From contig CAWGVS010000004.1 of the NCBI GenBank assembly GCA_963826115.1, positions 32,001 through 96,000 on the forward strand: a DNA stretch of 64,000 nt, in the 5' to 3' direction. Below, in pieces: positions 58,133 to 64,000 of the stretch (positions are counted from its first letter, which is position 1; the number at the start of each line of letters is the position of its first letter). Position numbers and translations under genes: made by a program. The notes under the pieces were generated by a model. That model made no database searches. It had not been told where the DNA came from and worked only from the letters and a program-made list of their open reading frames with translations. This stretch comes from an uncultured Candidatus Rokubacteria bacterium. Its GTDB lineage: Bacteria > Methylomirabilota > Methylomirabilia > Rokubacteriales > DASRDR01.

Positions 58133-58669
58133 ATGAAGTTCCTCTGCATCGCGTGCGACCAGGCCATGCGGCTCTCCGGGGCGGCGGGGCCCGACGAGGG
58201 CTCGCTCACCGTGACGTTCGCCTGTCCGACCTGCGGTCACCGCGTGGCCATGCTCACCAATCCCTGGGAGACCCAGATGGTGCGGACGCTGGGCGTGAAG
58301 GTCGGCGGCGCCCCGGCCGCCGCGCCCGCGCCGTTCGCGGCTGTCCGCGCGGGCCTCGCGCACCAGCGGGAGCCCGGCGCCGGGGCCACGACGCCCGCGC
58401 CGGCCGGCGCCGCGGTGGCCGCCACGGCGGCGGGGGACGCGCCCGTCGGGGACGGCCCCGGGTGTCCGTTCGCGGCGATGATCGGGGGCACGGCCGCGGC
58501 GGCGTCGACGATCGGCTGGACGGTCGAGGCGGCGGGCCGGCTCGAGCGCATCCCGATCTTCATCCGCCCGATGGCCCGGCAGGCGATCGAGCGGTTCGCG
58601 CAGGAGCGCGGCTACGCGACGGTCACCGACGAGGTGATGGACCAGGCGCGCGACTTCATGGGGATGTAG
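58133..58669 (+). CDS. Zinc-ribbon plus PCP_red (BchB C-terminal-like) domain protein
   Basis: CIAC..CPTCG N-terminus, GCPF, C-terminal WT.EA..RLERIPIFIRPMARQAIE..A.ERG...VT..VM..A. Confidence 0.8.
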   Translation: MKFLCIACDQAMRLSGAAGPDEGSLTVTFACPTCGHRVAMLTNPWETQMVRTLGVKVGGAPAAAPAPFAAVRAGLAHQREPGAGATTPAPAGAAVAATAAGDAPVGDGPGCPFAAMIGGTAAAASTIGWTVEAAGRLERIPIFIRPMARQAIERFAQERGYATVTDEVMDQARDFMGM

Positions 58670-59588
58670 GCTCGTCGTCCCCGGACTCGAGGTCGAGCGC
58701 CTCGGGCGCGAGGACGTGGTACGTCTCGCCCGCCCAGACGGGCGGCTGCCCGGCGAGGAGGATCTCCCGGAAGGCGGCCAGTGTCGCGTCCTGACGGACC
58801 TCCGGGTGGCCGTCGAGCGCGGCCCAGAACTCCTGCGGCTGGTCGTGCGCCCACCGCGAGGCGCGCGCGACGGTCTCGAAGAAGCGCCGTACCTTCCGCT
58901 CCACCGCCCGCTCGACCGCGGGGCGCGCCAGGGTCGTGGCGAGCTGGGCGAGCGTCCCGACGAGGGGCGTGTCGAGCCGGACGTGGCCGGTGATGCTCAC
59001 CTCGATGCGCGTCCCGCCGTTCGGGTCGTCCGCGTGCTCGAACTCGATCAAGAGGAGCATCTGACCCCGGATCGTCGGGAGCCTCCGGCTCTCGTACATG
59101 CCGTCCAGGTGGAGGAGGCGGCGACCGGGGTCCGCGTAGAGCACCCGCATCATGCCGCGGGCACCCCGGCTATCGTCGCCCCAGTAGCCGTCCCCGCGCT
59201 CCTCCACCTGGTACTTCCCCAGCCGGAGCGCCCGCGCGACGCTGGCCGCGAAGTCCGGATGGTCGAGCAGGAACTGGAAGACGGGCTCCCGGCTGCGGCC
59301 GCGAAGCCCGGTGACCCGGTGGGAGAACAGGCTCGTGCCGAGGACGGCCTCGGCCCGCTCCCGCGCCTCGTCGCCCAGGCTCGCGAGCGGGACGCCGAGG
59401 GGGAGCTGGTCGAGCGTCACGTAGGGGCCGGTCGGCTCGGCGGCCGGCGGCTCGGCCCGCTCGGCATCCCCGCGGGCGGGGCCGAGGGCGAGGGTCAGCG
59501 CGACGCCGACGAGCACGAGGCCGATCCGGGATCGGCGACGCGTGTCCAGACGGCGCGGGATCGAGGCGTCGCGGAGGAGTGTGGCCAT
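58656..59588 (-). CDS. Hypothetical exported or membrane-anchored protein
   Basis: Hydrophobic N-terminal segment followed by a globular alpha/beta-looking region; codon usage typical of the window. Confidence 0.6.
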   Translation of the reverse strand: MATLLRDASIPRRLDTRRRSRIGLVLVGVALTLALGPARGDAERAEPPAAEPTGPYVTLDQLPLGVPLASLGDEARERAEAVLGTSLFSHRVTGLRGRSREPVFQFLLDHPDFAASVARALRLGKYQVEERGDGYWGDDSRGARGMMRVLYADPGRRLLHLDGMYESRRLPTIRGQMLLLIEFEHADDPNGGTRIEVSITGHVRLDTPLVGTLAQLATTLARPAVERAVERKVRRFFETVARASRWAHDQPQEFWAALDGHPEVRQDATLAAFREILLAGQPPVWAGETYHVLAPEALDLESGDDEPTSP

Positions 59589-59693
59589 GGCGCGCGGTCC
59601 CCGGGGCTACCGTACCACGGCGCCGGGGCCCCCGGCCCGGCCGGCGCCATTTCGCACGGGGTCCGGCCCTCGGCTGCTACAATGGCGCTTCGT

Positions 59694-60584
59694 ATGACTC
59701 CCCGCATCGGTCTCGTGGCGCTGGGTCTTGCGCTGCTCGTGCTCCGGCCGGCGGGCGCCTCCACCGAGGCGGCCCCGGTTGGCGCGAGCGCGGTGCCGGT
59801 CTCGGCCGAGGCGGTGCTCCTCGTGGATCTCGAGACGGGCAAGGTGCTCTTCGAGAAGAACGCCGAGGAGGACCGCGCGCCGGCCAGCCTCGTGAAGATG
59901 ATGACGCTCTACATCGCCTACGACGCGCTGCGTGCGGGCCTCGTCACGCGCGGCGAGCCGGTCACCATCGGCCCGAACGTCGCGCGGACGCCCCGGTTCC
60001 GGATCGGGCTCGTCACGGGCCAGGTCGTGCCCTTCGACACCCTCCTCGCCGCCGTGGCGATCGCGTCGGCGAACGACGCCGCGGCCGCCGTCGCCGACCG
60101 GCTGGCCGACAGCGAGGACAAGTTCGTCGAGCGGATGAACGGCGAGGCGGAGCGCATGGGGCTCACGCACACGGTGTTCGCGAACCCCCACGGCTTGCCG
60201 GACCCCCGCCAGCGCACGACCGCGCGGGACATGGCGACGCTGGCCGAGAATCTCCTGCGGGACTTCCCGGAAGCCCGGACGCTGCTCGGCGACACGGATT
60301 TCGCGTGGCGCGGGCGGGTCTTCCGGCGCCGGATCCCGCTGTTCCGGGATCCGGGCGGGGTGACGGCCCTCAAGACCGGCTTCACGCTGGAGGCGGGCTA
60401 CAACATCGCGGTGGCCGCGGGCCGCGCGGGGCAGCGCCTCCTGTGCGTCGTGCTGGGCGCCGAGACCCGCGGCCTGTCGTTCCTCGACGCGGGACGTCTC
60501 CTGAAGTTCGGCTTCGGCGAGCCGCTCTCGCCGGGGCGCACCGGCCGCCGCTGGCGGGTGCGCAGCCACGTCGCCCCCCGCTAG
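59694..60584 (+). CDS. D-alanyl-D-alanine carboxypeptidase (peptidase S11)
   Basis: PASLVKMMT (SxxK), SAND (SxN), NPHGL, KTG; signal peptide; start at 59682 or 59694. Confidence 0.92.
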   Translation: MTPRIGLVALGLALLVLRPAGASTEAAPVGASAVPVSAEAVLLVDLETGKVLFEKNAEEDRAPASLVKMMTLYIAYDALRAGLVTRGEPVTIGPNVARTPRFRIGLVTGQVVPFDTLLAAVAIASANDAAAAVADRLADSEDKFVERMNGEAERMGLTHTVFANPHGLPDPRQRTTARDMATLAENLLRDFPEARTLLGDTDFAWRGRVFRRRIPLFRDPGGVTALKTGFTLEAGYNIAVAAGRAGQRLLCVVLGAETRGLSFLDAGRLLKFGFGEPLSPGRTGRRWRVRSHVAPR

Positions 60585-60604
60585 GGTCTGGGGCCGCGCG
60601 GCCC

Positions 60605-60955
60605 CTACTCTGGCTCGATGGCCCGCCGGACGATCCGCCCGTCCGCGTCCACGTAGAGGAGCACCAGCTCGTACTTGTCGAAGCGATCGCCGCGATCCTC
60701 GCCGTAGTAGCGGTTCGGATTCGCGTCGATGACGACCGCGCGGCGGTAGACGAGGACGGGGCCCAGGTCCGATGAGCGGATCTGCTCCGGGCGGCCGAAG
60801 CGCTGGACGGCTTCGTCCCGGGTGTTCACCGCCATGATGTCGTCCGCCGGCGAGAGGGGCGGCTGGCGGAGGGGCGCCAGCTCGGCGCAGGCCCCGAGCG
60901 CGAGGATCGCGGTCAGGGGCGCGAGCCGGGACCAGGACATCGGGATCCGCCGCAT
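60605..60955 (-). CDS. Hypothetical lipoprotein (BamE/SmpA-like pattern)
   Basis: Lipobox LGAC; TRDEAVQRFGRP..., LYVDADGRIV. Confidence 0.65.
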   Translation of the reverse strand: MRRIPMSWSRLAPLTAILALGACAELAPLRQPPLSPADDIMAVNTRDEAVQRFGRPEQIRSSDLGPVLVYRRAVVIDANPNRYYGEDRGDRFDKYELVLLYVDADGRIVRRAIEPE

Positions 60956-61041
60956 GGCGCCCCATTGTACGGGCACGGGTCGGGAGGCGGCAAGAAGCGG
61001 CGCGCCCTCGCCGCGGCGCGCCTCGGGGTGAGGGAGACGGT

Positions 61042-61704
61042 ATGCAGGTGACGGGGCTCCTGTTCGACGCGTACGGGACGCTCTTCGACGTCCACTCGGT
61101 CGTCGAGGCGGGGCGGGCTGTGACGACGGACCCCCAGGCGCTGTCGGCGCTCTGGCGCCAGAAGCAACTCGAGTACACGTGGCTCCGGAGCCTGATGGGG
61201 CGGTACGAGGACTTCTGGAGCGTCACCGAGTCGGCGCTCGCATTCGCGTGCCGGCGTCTCGGCCTCCAGCCGAGCGACGCCGAGCGGCGCCGGCTGATGG
61301 ACGCCTACCTGACCCTCCAGGCGTTCCCCGAGGTGCGCGCGGCGCTGACCCGTCTCCGCGACCTGCCCGGCGCCATCCTCTCCAACGGCTCGCCGCGCAT
61401 GCTGGAGGCCGTCGTCGACCACAACGACCTGCGGGGCCAGCTCGCGACGATCCTGAGCGTCGACGCGGTCCGGACGTTCAAGCCGCACCCGGCCGTCTAC
61501 GCGCTGGGGCCGGCGCGACTCCGCATCGCGCGCGGGTCGATCGGCTTCGTCTCCTCCAACGGGTGGGACGTGGCCGGGGCGAAAGCGTTCGGCTTCCAGG
61601 TCGTGTGGGTGAACCGCCAGGGGGCGCCGCTCGAGGAGCTCGGCGTGACGCCCGACCTCGAGGTGCGGGACCTCGCGGAGCTGGCGGCGGCGCTCGGGCG
61701 GTAA
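61042..61704 (+). CDS. Haloacid dehalogenase type II
   Basis: FDAYGTLFDV, WRQKQLEY, LSNG, FKP, FVSSNGWDVAGA. Confidence 0.92.
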   Translation: MQVTGLLFDAYGTLFDVHSVVEAGRAVTTDPQALSALWRQKQLEYTWLRSLMGRYEDFWSVTESALAFACRRLGLQPSDAERRRLMDAYLTLQAFPEVRAALTRLRDLPGAILSNGSPRMLEAVVDHNDLRGQLATILSVDAVRTFKPHPAVYALGPARLRIARGSIGFVSSNGWDVAGAKAFGFQVVWVNRQGAPLEELGVTPDLEVRDLAELAAALGR

Positions 61705-61747
61705 CCGGAGGCCCGCCGTTGACGTGGCACGAGAGCCGGGGCCGCCG

Positions 61748-62356
61748 ATGATCGACGCAGTGGTCTTCGACATGGACGACGTGCTGTGCCGGTACCGCAT
61801 CGAGCGGCGCCTGGCCCTTCTCGGGTCCTGGAGCGGCCGGCGCCCCGACGCAATCTACGACGCCATCTGGCGATCGGGATTCGAGGACGAGGCCGAGGCG
61901 GGCGCCTACGATGCGGACGCCTACCTCCGGGAGTTCAACGCGCGCCTCGGATACCCCCTGACCGCGGAGCAGTGGGTCGCCGCCCGCCGCACGGCGACGG
62001 AGCCCGACGAGGCCGTCCTCGCGATCGCGCGGCGGCTCGCGCGCCGCGGGCCGGTCGCGATGTTCACGAACAACCCGCTGCTCCTGAAGCGCCACATCGG
62101 CGAGGTGTTCCCGGCGGTGGTGGAGATCTTCGGCGAGCGCGCGATCTTCTCCGCCGAGCTCGGTCGCCGCAAGCCGGACCCGGAGGCGTTCCGCCGGCTG
62201 GCGCGGCGGCTGGGCGTCGCGCCCGCGCGCGTCCTGTTCTTCGACGACAACGCCGACTACGTCGCCGGCGCCTCCGAGGCGGGGATCACGGCGTATCGCT
62301 TCACCGGCGCGTCGGCCGTCCAGGACCGCCTGGCCGCGCACGCCGTCGAGGCGTAG
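61748..62356 (+). CDS. HAD-family phosphatase (subfamily IA)
   Basis: FDMDDVL, TNN, RKPDP, FFDD...V.GA. Confidence 0.88.
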   Translation: MIDAVVFDMDDVLCRYRIERRLALLGSWSGRRPDAIYDAIWRSGFEDEAEAGAYDADAYLREFNARLGYPLTAEQWVAARRTATEPDEAVLAIARRLARRGPVAMFTNNPLLLKRHIGEVFPAVVEIFGERAIFSAELGRRKPDPEAFRRLARRLGVAPARVLFFDDNADYVAGASEAGITAYRFTGASAVQDRLAAHAVEA

Positions 62357-62373
62357 GCCCGACGCGGATTCCG

Positions 62374-62991
62374 CTACTCGCGCGCCTTGCGGGCGCGCGC
62401 CGACTGCATGGTCTCGCGCGGCCGTCCCCCCAGACGCTCCTCGCGCCAGGGGTCGCCGTGCATGTGGTACCCGTAGCCCTCCCAGAAGCCGGGACGGTCC
62501 TCCTCCATCAGCTCGAAGCCCGTGACCCACTTGGCGCTCTTCCAGAAGTAGAGGTGCGGCACGACCAGGCGCACCGGGCCGCCGTGGTCGGCGGGAAGGG
62601 GGCGCCCGTCGTGGTGCGTGGCCAGCACGACGTCGTCGTCGAGGAGGGCCTCGAGCGGCAAGTTGGTCGTGTAGTCGGGCTCGGCGTGGACCATCACGTA
62701 CCGGGCTGACGGCCGGGGACGCGTCTCGGCCAGGAGGTCCCGCGGCGGGATGCCGCGCCACCGGTTGTCGAGGCGGGTCCAGCGGGTCACGCAGTGGACG
62801 TCCGACCGGCTCTCGATCGGCGACAGGGCCGAGAACTCCGCCCACGTCCACGTGCGCGGGCGCTCGACGGCGCCGAAGATCCGGAAGCGCCAGCGCGTCG
62901 TGTCGACCTCCGGCGTGTCGCCGTACGTCAGGACGGGCCACTTGACCGTCACGATCTGGCCCGGCGGCACGCGGTCGCGCGGCGTTGTCAC
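62374..62991 (-). CDS. Sulfite oxidase-like molybdopterin oxidoreductase (YuiH-like)
   Basis: VPPGQ, DVHCVTRW, YTTNLPL, HGGPVRLVVPHLYFWKSAKW, GFWE.YGYH..GDPW. Confidence 0.92.
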   Translation of the reverse strand: MTTPRDRVPPGQIVTVKWPVLTYGDTPEVDTTRWRFRIFGAVERPRTWTWAEFSALSPIESRSDVHCVTRWTRLDNRWRGIPPRDLLAETRPRPSARYVMVHAEPDYTTNLPLEALLDDDVVLATHHDGRPLPADHGGPVRLVVPHLYFWKSAKWVTGFELMEEDRPGFWEGYGYHMHGDPWREERLGGRPRETMQSARARKARE

Positions 62992-63010
62992 GGGCCCGAT
63001 TCCTCCGGGC

Positions 63011-64000
63011 TCACGCCTCGCCCGGTCCGAGCGGCGCCACCGTCGCCGCGGCCAGCGGCAGGCCCGTCGGCGCCGGCCGGCGCGCGCCGGGTCCGACGGC
63101 CGTCACGAAGATCGCGTCCTGGCCGCGCGCATCCGGCTCGAAGAACCGGACGACCTCGTCGTCGTAGAAGGTGAGCCCCGTGGCGCCGAATCCGACTCCG
63201 TACGCGCCGAGGTACAGGCGCCCGCCGACGAGCCCGGCGGCGAGATTGACCGCCCGGTACCCGCGGCTGCCCCATCGCCCGAGGACGGCGTCCAGGTCGG
63301 ACAGGAAGAACGCCACCGCGCTCGCGTCCGCCCCGAGCGGCTGCTCGAGGCAGAGCTCGCCGCCTTCCCGGCGGAACTCGCCGGGCCGGAGGAGCCGGAG
63401 GGCCCGCCGCTCCGCGTCCCACCGATACGCGCCCGGCGCGAGCCCCTCGACGGCGTGGACCAGGAGATAGGTCTCGACGAGCCGCTCGGGCTCGCCGAGG
63501 TCGAGGGGGAGCGGACGGTGTGCCGCGTCCAGGATCGCGGCGAAGCGGGCGCCGTCGATCGTCTCCCGTCGGAACTGCCGGGTCGACCCGCGCCGCAGGA
63601 TCGTCTCGCCGAGAGGCCGGGACGGTTGATCGGGAGGCGGCAACGCCGCCGCATCCGGCTCGAGCCCGCCGTGGCCGAGCCACGCCCGCGCGGCGGCGCC
63701 GTCGGCGAGCGACGAGGCCTCGTAGGCCGCGCGGATCAGGGGGTAGGTCTCCTCGTGGGCCGAGAGGGGCAGGGAAGCGAGCGAGAGGGGCGGGACGGGC
63801 GCGGGGGCCGGCGCGGGGCCGGCGCCACGCCCGAGCGGCACCAGCGCGAGCGCGCCCTCGCGCGCGGCGTCGAGTCCCAGGAGCGCGTTCACCAGGGGAT
63901 CGGCGAACCCGAGGAGGCCGCGCGCGGAGACGTCCCCGGCCGCCGCGATCGCGAGGACGTTCGCCAGCAGCGTTCCCGCGTCCCAGAAGAAGTGACGGAA
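63011..64000 (-). CDS. SagB/ThcOx-like nitroreductase-family protein (5' end outside the window)
   Basis: RHFFWDAGTLLAN near the window edge, ILRRGSTRQF, GYRAVNLAAG..GGRLYL, GATGLTFYDD. Confidence 0.85.
   Translation of the reverse strand, partial: FRHFFWDAGTLLANVLAIAAAGDVSARGLLGFADPLVNALLGLDAAREGALALVPLGRGAGPAPAPAPVPPLSLASLPLSAHEETYPLIRAAYEASSLADGAAARAWLGHGGLEPDAAALPPPDQPSRPLGETILRRGSTRQFRRETIDGARFAAILDAAHRPLPLDLGEPERLVETYLLVHAVEGLAPGAYRWDAERRALRLLRPGEFRREGGELCLEQPLGADASAVAFFLSDLDAVLGRWGSRGYRAVNLAAGLVGGRLYLGAYGVGFGATGLTFYDDEVVRFFEPDARGQDAIFVTAVGPGARRPAPTGLPLAAATVAPLGPGEA

Noticed and set aside
1-64000. CRISPR arrays, tRNA/rRNA genes, IS elements, integrases, prophage genes
   Set aside because: No regularly spaced repeats, RNA-gene signatures or transposase, integrase or phage motifs were seen on manual reading; a short RNA gene could have been missed.

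Overview
Very GC-rich bacterial chromosomal DNA (roughly 70%+ by eye) with about 62 densely packed genes. I found no rRNA, tRNA, CRISPR array, transposase or integrase. Gene content and style resemble Candidatus Rokubacteria/Methylomirabilota, which is my inference only. The window holds many transporters (Liv-type ABC, two Dpp/Opp-type ABC clusters without ATPases, a GldAFG-like ABC plus DUF4340, four MFS), central and catabolic enzymes (gntK-tkt, fhs, pcaF-type thiolase, crotonase, dihydropyrimidinase-like, HADs, SagB-like), an amino-acid-modifying enzyme cluster, and a somewhat lower-GC accessory stretch (Fic, repeat coiled-coil, helical-repeat/NYN nuclease). Four observations stand out. 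(1) An apparently unnamed ~70-aa Arg-rich module ([D/E]RR..ERRR...RR...WxRLGF) occurs on the predicted cytoplasmic side of two unrelated single-pass membrane proteins. Their outer domains are a CusF-like fold lacking its Met ligands and a trypsin/HtrA fold lacking its catalytic triad, which makes this a candidate new transmembrane signalling system. (2) A short, catalytically degenerate ARC/Mpa-like AAA protein keeps the C-terminal GQYL proteasome-docking motif. (3) A large helical-repeat plus NYN nuclease lies near a Fic gene. (4) A 38-aa Cys-rich microprotein is absent from the ORF track. Two genes carry +1 frameshifts that may be sequencing errors. All family calls come from motif recognition, not database searches.
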